A program made the position numbers and the translations under genes. Shown here piece after piece: positions 49,762-57,551 of a stretch of DNA of 64,000 bases. The notes under the pieces were generated by a model, which made no database searches, had not been told where the DNA came from, and saw only the letters and a program-made list of their open reading frames with translations. Numbering within the stretch: position 1 is the first letter of the stretch; every line of letters begins with the position of its first letter. This DNA is from an uncultured Christensenella sp. (GTDB taxonomy: Bacteria > Bacillota > Clostridia > Christensenellales > DTU072), in assembly GCA_905210905.1 (NCBI GenBank), contig CAJLYQ010000001.1, forward strand, positions 4,664 to 68,663. The letters are read 5' to 3'.

Positions 49762-50610
49762 TTAGAATTTCGACTCCAAAGAATTTGCTAAAAACGCTTT
49801 GGTTGCGGCACTTTTCGGATTGTCGAAAACTTCTTGCGGAGTGCCGATTTCTTCCACTACTCCGTCCGCCATAAAAACGACTTTGTCGGATACGGTTTTT
49901 GCAAACCCCATTTCGTGAGTAACGATGATCATCGTCCTGCCGTCGTCTTTGAGTTCTTTGATTACTTTAAGCACTTCACCGGTAAGTTCGGGATCGAGCG
50001 CGCTCGTCGGCTCGTCAAAACACAATATCTCCGGTTTCATCGTAAGCGCTCTCGCTATCGCCACTCTTTGTTGTTGTCCGCCCGAAAGTTCGCACGGATA
50101 AGCCTTTAATTTGTTGCCTAAACCTACCCTTTCGAGAACCTTAATCGCCTCTTCTTCGATTTGTGCGTCGACGCTTTGTTTTAGTTTTTTGTAGTCTTCT
50201 TTCGCTTGCTTTTTATCCGCGCTTTTTCTTATTTTTGCCTTTTCCGCTTTTAGTTTGTCTTTAACGAACAGGCTCGGAGCAAGAGTTACGTTTTTTAATA
50301 CGTTGTAGTGCGGAAAAAGGTTAAACGACTGAAAAACTAGTCCGAGTTTTAATCTTTTTTGTCTTATTTCTTCGGCGGAACGTTTGTTTTTTTCTTCGTT
50401 TCCGTCAAAAAACGTTTCTCCGTCGATGGTTATTTTACCGTCGTCGGCGGTTTCGAGATAGTTAAGACACCTCAAAAGCGTGGTTTTTCCGCTCCCGGAC
50501 GAGCCTATTATCGACATAACTTCGCCGCGGTTCAGTTCTAAATTTATTCCTTTCAGAACTTCGGTTTCTCCGAATTTTTTAGTTAAATTCTCTATCGATA
50601 AAAGCGCCAT
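49762..50610 (-). CDS. Amino-acid ABC transporter ATP-binding protein (GlnQ/HisP-like) with a Lys-rich insertion
   Basis: 282 aa. Walker [10 protein letters not shown], signature [15 protein letters not shown], Walker [13 protein letters not shown], and H-loop TMIIVTHEM. Confidence 0.92.
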   Translation of the reverse strand: MALLSIENLTKKFGETEVLKGINLELNRGEVMSIIGSSGSGKTTLLRCLNYLETADDGKITIDGETFFDGNEEKNKRSAEEIRQKRLKLGLVFQSFNLFPHYNVLKNVTLAPSLFVKDKLKAEKAKIRKSADKKQAKEDYKKLKQSVDAQIEEEAIKVLERVGLGNKLKAYPCELSGGQQQRVAIARALTMKPEILCFDEPTSALDPELTGEVLKVIKELKDDGRTMIIVTHEMGFAKTVSDKVVFMADGVVEEIGTPQEVFDNPKSAATKAFLANSLESKF

Positions 50611-50611
50611 T

Positions 50612-51295
50612 TTACACCTTATAGTAATTTAATTTCTTTTCGGCAAAACCGAAGATTACGGTTAATATTCCGTTGAAAACGAGATAAAACGCGCCTGCGT
50701 AGAAAAGCGGCATTATGTTTACCGTCAGGTTTACCGCGTCTTGCGCCGATTTTATGATTTCCACCACGCCGATTACTCTTGCGAGCGAAGTGTCTTTTAC
50801 AAGCGTGATTATTTCGTTGCTCATAGGCGGAACGATGCGTTTTATTACCTGCGGCAGAACGATTTTTACGAAAATCTGCGATTTCGTCATACCGAGCACC
50901 GCCCCGGCTTCGTACTGACCTTTGTTGATGCTTTCGATGCCGCCGCGGAAGATTTCCGCAAAATATGCGGCGTAATTGATTACGAACGCAATTGCGCAGA
51001 AAACGAAGTTTACCGACGCCATCGTCGTGCCGAAAAAGGTCGCTATCGCCTTGTTGGGCAAGTCGAAAACTATGCTCGGAACGAAAGAAACGACGATGAT
51101 TTGCAGCATAAGCGGCGTGCCGCGGATTATCCAGATAAACCCTTTGGTAAGGTATTTAAGCGGTCTGAATTTGGACATCGAACATAAAGAAACGAGCAAT
51201 CCGAGCGGAATGGCAAGTACGAGCGTGACCGCAAACAATAACACGGTCAACCCGAACCCTTCCGCTAATTGTAATATGATCTGTCCGAAATTCAT
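50612..51295 (-). CDS. Amino-acid ABC transporter permease (His/Glu/Gln/Arg/opine family)
   Basis: 227 aa and multi-pass. Conserved coupling-loop region [42 protein letters not shown]. Separated by 1 nt from the ATPase gene. Confidence 0.9.
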   Translation of the reverse strand: MNFGQIILQLAEGFGLTVLLFAVTLVLAIPLGLLVSLCSMSKFRPLKYLTKGFIWIIRGTPLMLQIIVVSFVPSIVFDLPNKAIATFFGTTMASVNFVFCAIAFVINYAAYFAEIFRGGIESINKGQYEAGAVLGMTKSQIFVKIVLPQVIKRIVPPMSNEIITLVKDTSLARVIGVVEIIKSAQDAVNLTVNIMPLFYAGAFYLVFNGILTVIFGFAEKKLNYYKV

Positions 51296-51441
51296 TGTTT
51301 ATCCTATCTTTTTTTATTTTTTAGCCGCTTTTCTTTGACGCTTTTCGCGTTTACGTTTGCTTTAGCGTTTGCGTTTGTTTTTATATGCGTGTTTGCAAAT
51401 ATTTTTATTTGCGTTTTTTATGCGTTTTTATTTACGTATGC

Positions 51442-51482
51442 GAGATTTTAACGCCCGAGCCGACGGCTCGGGGTAAAATCTC
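51442..51482 (-). promoter_or_regulatory. Long intercistronic stem-loop between the binding-protein and permease genes
   Basis: gagatttta-acg-cccgagcc-gac-ggctcggg-g-taaaatctc forms about 17 bp of interrupted pairing. It starts 19 nt downstream of the binding-protein stop codon and has no clear U-run, so it looks like a partial terminator or mRNA-stabiliser. Confidence 0.55.
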
Positions 51483-51500
51483 AATTCTTAAAAGGCTTGA

Positions 51501-52391
51501 TTATTTTTTGATTATCATAAGTTCTTCCGCAGCGGAACCTGCTTCGACGGCGACTATTTTGTCGCTTGCGCTCGATTTGAAGGTTTCGAGAGAAGTAAGG
51601 TCGTAATTCGATTTGTCGGATTTCATTATGATTATCGATTGTTTGTTTGCCAAGTAAGGAATGGAAAGGCTCATTCCTTCTTTGCGCTGATCGTTAATCG
51701 TCATACCGTTCCAGACAAGGTCGATACTGCCGTTTTCGAGTTTCGCTTCTTTGGTGTTCCAGTCGATTACGTCGTATTCCGGCTCGACGGAAACGGAATA
51801 ATTTTCGTTAAGGTAAGCAATAACCGCTTTGCTCAGTTCGATGTCGAACCCGGTCAGGACGCTGTTTTCGTAATAAGCGATGGGCGCGAAAATCGTTATT
51901 CCTACGATAAGTTTTTTACTGCGGACGACTTCGTTCCAGGACTCGTCGGTCGCGTTTTGCACGGGATTAACGGTGTCGGCATTAATCAGAAGTTCGCTCG
52001 CAAGACCGAACTTGTCGGCAATCGTCTTCAATTCGCCGCTTTTCGCAAGCGCAATCATTCCTTCGTTTATTTTTTCGGTCAGAGCGTCGTTACCTTTCTT
52101 TGCGCCGATCCCGTACTCTTCTTCCGATAAATAAAACGGCAAAATCTCCATTTTGTTCTTGTAATCGCCGTTGGACATATAATAATTCGCCATAACGCTG
52201 TCCATAACGCCGATATCGGCAGAACCATTGCTCATATTCGTCAAAACGTCCATCTGCGCGCCGAGCGAAGTCGTTTCTTTTCCGAACAAATACTCCGCTT
52301 TACTGCCGCACGCGGCAAAACCGACGCACGAAACGATAACAACCGCCACGGTCAAAACGCTTATCGCTATCTTTGCAATTCTCTTTTTCAT
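51501..52391 (-). CDS. Amino-acid ABC transporter substrate-binding lipoprotein (SBP_bac_3 type), apparently circularly permuted
   Basis: 296 aa with a signal peptide and lipobox (VGFAAC|GSK). The segments typical of family-3 binding proteins are all present but in swapped order (see the finding at 51501-52391). Confidence 0.85.
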   Translation of the reverse strand: MKKRIAKIAISVLTVAVVIVSCVGFAACGSKAEYLFGKETTSLGAQMDVLTNMSNGSADIGVMDSVMANYYMSNGDYKNKMEILPFYLSEEEYGIGAKKGNDALTEKINEGMIALAKSGELKTIADKFGLASELLINADTVNPVQNATDESWNEVVRSKKLIVGITIFAPIAYYENSVLTGFDIELSKAVIAYLNENYSVSVEPEYDVIDWNTKEAKLENGSIDLVWNGMTINDQRKEGMSLSIPYLANKQSIIIMKSDKSNYDLTSLETFKSSASDKIVAVEAGSAAEELMIIKK

Positions 52392-52533
52392 TTTTTTAAT
52401 CTCTCCTTGTCGCTATTAGGGCGCTTTATTGTTTTAACACTTTACCTTGTTAAAGCGTTTATGTCACCATTATATAGTAGCGGAAAAAGAAAGTAAAGCG
52501 ATTTTCGCAAGAAAAATAAAAAACTTTGAAACG

Positions 52534-53048
52534 GCAACGGCAACGCCGAGCGTTGCATCTCATAACGCAAGCAACGCAGTGCGTTGCATCCCTGTACGGC
52601 AACGCCGAGCGTTGCATCTCATTACGCAAAAAGTATATTACTTGTATAAGTCTATCGCACGACACAACTAATTACTTTTAATGCGAGCAAAGGTACTTTG
52701 CCGGCACGAGCGGACACGCGCCGTGAGTGCCGCCCTTATGGGGATCGAGCAAGGGGCAACACGCCCCTGCGAACTAAAAATGAAAGCGGAATGTGTCATT
52801 CCGCTTCCTTGAAAGTCCGACTCGTGCGTGATTAGATTTTGTCCGCACAAAGCGTAGCGACTGCCGCAAAATCCCGCACGACGTTTGGTCGGATAATACC
52901 ACTCATCCGTCGGCAAAGCCGACACCTTCCCCCAAGGGGAAGGCTTTATTTGCATTACATCATTTAACTTCTGTCGTGTGACAAACTTGTATGCATAATA
53001 CGCTCATTGTGTAATGGGATGCAACGTCCCACGTTGCCGTTTGGTCGG
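52534..53048 (+). repeat. Mosaic palindromic-unit intergenic repeat, copy C (subfamily C/D)
   Basis: Begins with three ~30-nt hairpin units (gcaacgc-cga-gcgttgc, gcaacgc-agt-gcgttgc, gcaacgc-cga-gcgttgc). It continues with blocks roughly 85-90% identical by eye to copy D (...gtataagtctatc.cacgacacaa..aattacttttaatgcga.caaagg.actttg...gcccttatgggga.cgagc.aggggcaac..gcccctgcgaac...gtccgactcgtgcgtgattagattttgtccgcacaaagc..agcgactgccgcaaaatcccgcacgacgt.tggtcggataat). It ends with an inverted gcaacgt-ccc-acgttgc unit and gtttggtcgg (53048). Confidence 0.85.
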
Positions 53049-54890
53049 AGACCCTAGTGCTCTCATCGCATTAAGCACTGCGATTACGCACACGCCTACG
53101 TCTGCGAACACGGCAACGCCCATACCGGTTATACCGAGTGCGCTAAGGATAAGCACGAGAAGTTTAACTCCGAGTGCAAAAATTATATTTTCATAAACGA
53201 TACGCATCGTTTTTCTTGCGATTTTTACCGCTTCGGCGACTTTGAACGGTTTATCGTCCATAACGACCACGTCTGCCGCCTCGATTGCGGCGTCGCTGCC
53301 TATTGCGCCCATCGCAACGCCTACGTCCGCACGCATAAGCACGGGCGCGTCGTTTATACCGTCGCCGACGTATACCGTCGTGCCTTTTTCGTCTATGATT
53401 TTTTCCGCTTCTTCGACTTTGTTTTCCGGCAAAAGTCCGCTCTTGACTTCGTCTATTCCGACCTGTTTCGCTATCTCTTCCGCTACTCGTTTGCCGTCGC
53501 CGGTAAGCATAACGGTTTTTGCCGCGCCGAGCGTTTTCAGTTCTTTAATCGCGTCTTTCGAGTCGGGTTTTATTACGTCCGCAACCACTATATGCCCCAG
53601 ATACTCGCCGTCCGAAGCGACGTGGATTATCGTACCGGTAAGGTGACACTCGTGGCAAGTCGCGCCGACTTCTTCCATTAAAAGCGCATTCCCGACCGCT
53701 ACGCGTTTTCCGTCCAGAACGCCCGTAACGCCGTAGCCTGCTCTTTCTTTAACTTCGGTTATTCTGCTCTTGTCTATATCTCCGCCGTGCGCTTTGACTA
53801 TGGATTCCGCAATCGGATGGGACGAATAACTTTCCGCAAGGGCGGCTATGTCGAGAAGTTCTTCTTCGCTCGCCGTTTCCGGGTGTATCGCCGTCACTTC
53901 GAACACGCCTTTCGTAAGCGTTCCCGTTTTGTCGAATATAACCGTAGCCGGCTTGGACAAAAGTTCGAGATAGTTCGAGCCTTTTATAAGGATACCTTTG
54001 CTCGACGCACCGCCGATACCTGCAAAGAACGACAGCGGAACGCTGATTACCAACGCGCACGGACAGGACACCACCAAAAACGTAAGCGCTCTCTTTATCC
54101 ATTGCGTCCAGTTGTGGTCGATAAGCGACGGAATAACCGCCAGAAGTATCGCCGCCACCACCACGCTCGGCGTGTAATACTTGGCAAACTTAGTAATAAA
54201 ATTCTCGCTCTTCGATTTCTTCTCCGACGAGTTCTCCACCAAAGCAAGGATTTTCGACACGGTGCTTTCTTCGAACACGCCCGTCGTTTCCACTTCAATA
54301 ACGCCGTTTACGTTTACGCTACCGCTCAGAACCTGCTCGCCGACAGTTTTATCCACCGGCAAACTCTCGCCCGTAAGCGCGGCGGTGTTTACCGCCGTTT
54401 CGCCCTTAACGATTATTCCGTCAAGCGGTATCTTCTCGCCGGGTCGGATAACTATGCGCTCGCCCTTCTCCACTTCTTCGGGAGAAACGGTGACTTCTTC
54501 GCCGTTACGGAGAACCACGGCGACGTCGGGACGTATGTCCATAAGCGAAGAAATGCTCTTCCTGCTCTTTCCTACCGCTATTCCTTGGAAAAGTTCACCT
54601 ATCTGATAAAGTAACATTACGAGTACCGCTTCGGGGAATTCCTGAATTCCAAACGCGCCGAAAGTCGCTACTATCATAAGAAACCTTTCATCAAAAATCT
54701 GCCCGTGAGCGATGTTTTTTACAGCCCCGATTATTACGTCGTATCCGACAATCAAATACGGCACGGCGTAAATAATCAACATTCCCCACCAGGGAATAAC
54801 GGCAACGAACCTGTCGATAAGATACGCCGCAAGCAACATTACCGCCGCAACGCATATTCTTATTAAACTCTTTTTTTGTTTTCTCGTCAT
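53004..54890 (-). CDS. cadA: Heavy-metal (Cd/Zn/Co-type) translocating P1B-type ATPase
   Basis: 628 aa. CPC motif VSCPCALVISVP, phosphorylation site FDKTGTLT, hinge VGDGINDAP. It has no fused N-terminal HMA domain; that domain is encoded by the separate ORF immediately upstream. The last 15 codons (...PTKRQRGTLHPITQ*) lie inside repeat copy C. Confidence 0.9.
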   Translation of the reverse strand: MTRKQKKSLIRICVAAVMLLAAYLIDRFVAVIPWWGMLIIYAVPYLIVGYDVIIGAVKNIAHGQIFDERFLMIVATFGAFGIQEFPEAVLVMLLYQIGELFQGIAVGKSRKSISSLMDIRPDVAVVLRNGEEVTVSPEEVEKGERIVIRPGEKIPLDGIIVKGETAVNTAALTGESLPVDKTVGEQVLSGSVNVNGVIEVETTGVFEESTVSKILALVENSSEKKSKSENFITKFAKYYTPSVVVAAILLAVIPSLIDHNWTQWIKRALTFLVVSCPCALVISVPLSFFAGIGGASSKGILIKGSNYLELLSKPATVIFDKTGTLTKGVFEVTAIHPETASEEELLDIAALAESYSSHPIAESIVKAHGGDIDKSRITEVKERAGYGVTGVLDGKRVAVGNALLMEEVGATCHECHLTGTIIHVASDGEYLGHIVVADVIKPDSKDAIKELKTLGAAKTVMLTGDGKRVAEEIAKQVGIDEVKSGLLPENKVEEAEKIIDEKGTTVYVGDGINDAPVLMRADVGVAMGAIGSDAAIEAADVVVMDDKPFKVAEAVKIARKTMRIVYENIIFALGVKLLVLILSALGITGMGVAVFADVGVCVIAVLNAMRALGSPTKRQRGTLHPITQ

Positions 54891-54906
54891 TAGAAAAACC
54901 TTCGTC

Positions 54907-55128
54907 CTATTTCATCAATATCGTGCAATCGGGTTCTACCTTCCTGCAAACTTTAACGACCTTTTTCATTATTGCGTCGAAATCTTCTTCATTCGCTTCG
55001 ATGGTCATCTTCTGCATAATAAAGTTTACCGACGCGTTCGTCACGCCGTCGATTTTCTTAATCGCGTCTTCCATCTTCGCCGCGCAATTCGCGCAATCTA
55101 AATCTTCAAGCATAAATACTTTTTTCAT
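54907..55128 (-). CDS. Stand-alone heavy-metal-associated (HMA) domain protein
   Basis: 73 aa. The CxxC metal-binding loop is LEDLDCANCAAKMEDAIKKIDGV. Lies 16 nt upstream of the ATPase gene. Confidence 0.85.
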   Translation of the reverse strand: MKKVFMLEDLDCANCAAKMEDAIKKIDGVTNASVNFIMQKMTIEANEEDFDAIMKKVVKVCRKVEPDCTILMK

Positions 55129-55132
55129 TTTT

Positions 55133-55510
55133 CTATTCTCCTTCGGTTATATGTTCGTATCCTTGACCTATTATCGTGCGAACGTGATCGTCCGCAAGCC
55201 GATAATAAATGGTTTTACCGTCCCTACGGTTCGTTATCAAATTCCCGTCCCTTAACACCTTGAGTTGATGAGATATCGCCGACTGACTCATATCGAGCAA
55301 CTCGCTGATCGCGCATACGCACATCTCCGACTCGAACAACGAATACAATATCTTTATCCTCGTCTTATCCCCGAACAACTTGAACAAATCGGATAACTCC
55401 GTGAGTTTGTCTTCCCCCGGCATACCCCGTTCGACAAGTTCGAGCACCTTCCCGTGATCGTGCGGTTTAACTTCTTTTTCATTTGCGTGCTTATTCATAT
55501 TTATCACCAT
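55133..55510 (-). CDS. ArsR/SmtB-family metal-responsive transcriptional repressor (CadC/CzrA-like)
   Basis: 125 aa. The wHTH region is CVCAISELLDMSQSAISHQLKVLRDGNLI. The real start may be the internal ATG at 55498 (MNKHANEKE...). Confidence 0.88.
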   Translation of the reverse strand: MVINMNKHANEKEVKPHDHGKVLELVERGMPGEDKLTELSDLFKLFGDKTRIKILYSLFESEMCVCAISELLDMSQSAISHQLKVLRDGNLITNRRDGKTIYYRLADDHVRTIIGQGYEHITEGE

Positions 55511-55559
55511 TCATATTTATTGTCATTCATATATTATTCTTTTGAGTGCGGTTTGTCAA
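55493..55559 (-). promoter_or_regulatory. Promoter and candidate operator repeats of the arsR-HMA-cadA operon
   Basis: Minus strand reads TTGACA (55559-55554), a 17-nt spacer, then TAATAT (55536-55531). Three direct copies of ATATGAAT (attcatat on + at 55493-55500, 55509-55516 and 55525-55532) are spaced 16 nt apart. The promoter-proximal copy overlaps the -10 element. Confidence 0.55.
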
Positions 55560-55659
55560 CGGTTTTTCGGTAAAAATAACAAGAAATTTTGTCGATTACG
55601 GTTCAGAGCCGAGCGGAAAGCGGTTTTTATATGGTATATTAGAAGAAAAGGAGTGGCGT

Positions 55660-57546
55660 ATGACAAGGAGAAAGGGTTTCGTTTTATTATTAGCGGTGGT
55701 TGCGATAGAGATTGTTTCGTGCTTTGTTGCGGTTTATCCGATAGCGGCGGCGAGTGCGGAAAGCGGTTCGGTCGGCGGAGAAAATTCCGAGCCGATATTT
55801 TACGGCGCGACGAAAATAACGCTGACGAAAGACGCGATAACGGCGTTTTCCGTTAAAGACGCGCGGTTCCGCATATTTGCAAGAGATCGCCACGGGCGCG
55901 ACCTTACTCCTTATTTAGTATGCGAGAGCGACGACGTCGATCCGACAGTTGCGGGCGAATACTCCGTGCGGTACGTTGTGACGGACGGACGGGGAAACTC
56001 GGCTCGGATTACCGTTCCCGTAACGGTGCTTGACGAAACGGGCGAAAAGTTCGTGATCGAGCGGACGGTTTACGCAGTGCCTGCGATGAAAAATATGTCG
56101 TTTATCGGAACGGAGCGCTGCAACACGGGCGACAGGCAAATTTTGGGGATATATCTTCCCGAAGGGAGTTCTTTCCTTGCCCGCACGGTTTCCGCCGACG
56201 CCGAAAGCGATTTTCAGATAACTTTTTTCACGAACACGAGAGCGAAGAACTCGTTCGGTTCGATAAGCAAAACGCCGGGCGAATATCGGACTTTGTCCAA
56301 CGTAAAAAGCGGCGTTTCCTATTCTTCCGTTCCGCTGATCACTTCCCCTCGGCTGTCCGAAGAGATAACGGACAAAACCTACAAAATCGAAGTTGGTTTC
56401 GACGGTTCGGCAAAACCGCTTGACTATTATCATTATAAAGACGACGAACAAGCGTTTGTATCCGGGTGGAAAAGCACGGAAAGCGATTTCGGCGTGGTTG
56501 ACGGCGAAGCGATGCCCGTGGTAGTGCCGTTTGCCGACGCGGACAAACTTTCTAATTACCGTTCGGGCGGTTATAACGCTCCGTTCGCTTCGCTCGACGC
56601 GTTTTTCGAATACTATCTCGAAGTCGTCAATCGTATGGACGAATGGATAGGTTTGTCGTTTGACGCGACGAATGCGCTTGACCGCAACTACCGCGTTAAG
56701 TACACCTGCGCGGCGGACGGCGGAATGTCCGGGGTGGGCGCGTACTATGCCGGCGTTTTCATTGCGGTAGGAAGTTATACCGCCGCGCCGTTTTTTCAGT
56801 ACGGTTGGGGAACTTTGCACGAGATCGCGCACGGATATCAGGGTTATCTCGGCAGGGGCAACACGAACGGAATGAATATCGGACTTAACGAAACGGGCAA
56901 CAACGTGCTTGCTTATTACGTGCAAAACGACAGAACGCTTTATTTAGGAACGGACGACTGGATGGGCGGTTCTCTTGCCGCAGTCGAAAAGGCGCGCAAC
57001 TCGCTCCGTTTAAGCGGCGGCGAAGTTTTCGTGGCTACTTCGACCTACGCCAACGCTTCCGAGAAACTTTACGCTTTAATCAACCTTTTCAACTCCTTCG
57101 AAGGGGCGAAGACCTACGGCAAACTGTTTTCTTACTACCGCGCTTTGGCGGCGGAAAAAGGGGTAAACGCATTCACTACGCCCGACTTATACGCTCTCTT
57201 CTTCGCCGAAGAATACGGCGCGAACGTTATCCCCTATCTTAAAGCCTGGAAACTCGCCGTATCCGACGAAATGGACGTGGAAGTATCGTCGAAAGACCTC
57301 GTTCCGTTCGTCATTCCGTCCGACGTTTTGGGCGAAGAGCAAGCGAAAGAACTGAAAGAAGACGGCGCGATCGAACTTCTTTTTGCTCCGGTGGCGGAAA
57401 GCGTGCTTAACGCGAGCGAAGAAACCGACCTTACGATAAATATAAACGTCGACGATTTCGACGCAATTAAAGGGCGTTACGCAGGAATTTACAAAGGAAG
57501 CGAACTGATAAAACTCGTTTTGCTAAGTGACGACAAGTTACCGTAA
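55660..57546 (+). CDS. Secreted M60-like (enhancin-type) zinc metallopeptidase, N-terminal fragment of a probably split gene
   Basis: I place the start at the ATG at 55660 (RBS aaaggag; signal peptide MTRRKGFVLLLAVVAIEIVSCFVAVYPIAAASA) rather than the track's upstream alternative start at 55546. An Ig-like domain follows (AGEYSVRYVVTDGRGNSARITVPVTVL). The zinc motif HEIAH (56818-56832) followed by x19-E fits the Pfam M60 description HEXXHX(8,28)E. Confidence 0.75.
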   Translation: MTRRKGFVLLLAVVAIEIVSCFVAVYPIAAASAESGSVGGENSEPIFYGATKITLTKDAITAFSVKDARFRIFARDRHGRDLTPYLVCESDDVDPTVAGEYSVRYVVTDGRGNSARITVPVTVLDETGEKFVIERTVYAVPAMKNMSFIGTERCNTGDRQILGIYLPEGSSFLARTVSADAESDFQITFFTNTRAKNSFGSISKTPGEYRTLSNVKSGVSYSSVPLITSPRLSEEITDKTYKIEVGFDGSAKPLDYYHYKDDEQAFVSGWKSTESDFGVVDGEAMPVVVPFADADKLSNYRSGGYNAPFASLDAFFEYYLEVVNRMDEWIGLSFDATNALDRNYRVKYTCAADGGMSGVGAYYAGVFIAVGSYTAAPFFQYGWGTLHEIAHGYQGYLGRGNTNGMNIGLNETGNNVLAYYVQNDRTLYLGTDDWMGGSLAAVEKARNSLRLSGGEVFVATSTYANASEKLYALINLFNSFEGAKTYGKLFSYYRALAAEKGVNAFTTPDLYALFFAEEYGANVIPYLKAWKLAVSDEMDVEVSSKDLVPFVIPSDVLGEEQAKELKEDGAIELLFAPVAESVLNASEETDLTININVDDFDAIKGRYAGIYKGSELIKLVLLSDDKLP

Positions 57547-57551
57547 AAGGG

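Noticed and set aside
52534-52625. CRISPR-like appearance of the reiterated gcaacg...cgttgc units (also at 58787-58842).
   Set aside because: The units are directly adjacent (13-30 nt period) with no unique spacers. There are only 3-4 units, no cas genes are in the window, and the same units are embedded in a larger dispersed repeat.
55546-55659. The upstream alternative start given in the ORF track for the M60-like peptidase (adds MRFVNGFSVKITRNFVDYGSEPSGKRFLYGILEEKEWR).
   Set aside because: That segment overlaps the divergent cad-operon promoter. The ATG at 55660 has a good RBS (aaaggag) and is followed immediately by a canonical signal peptide.
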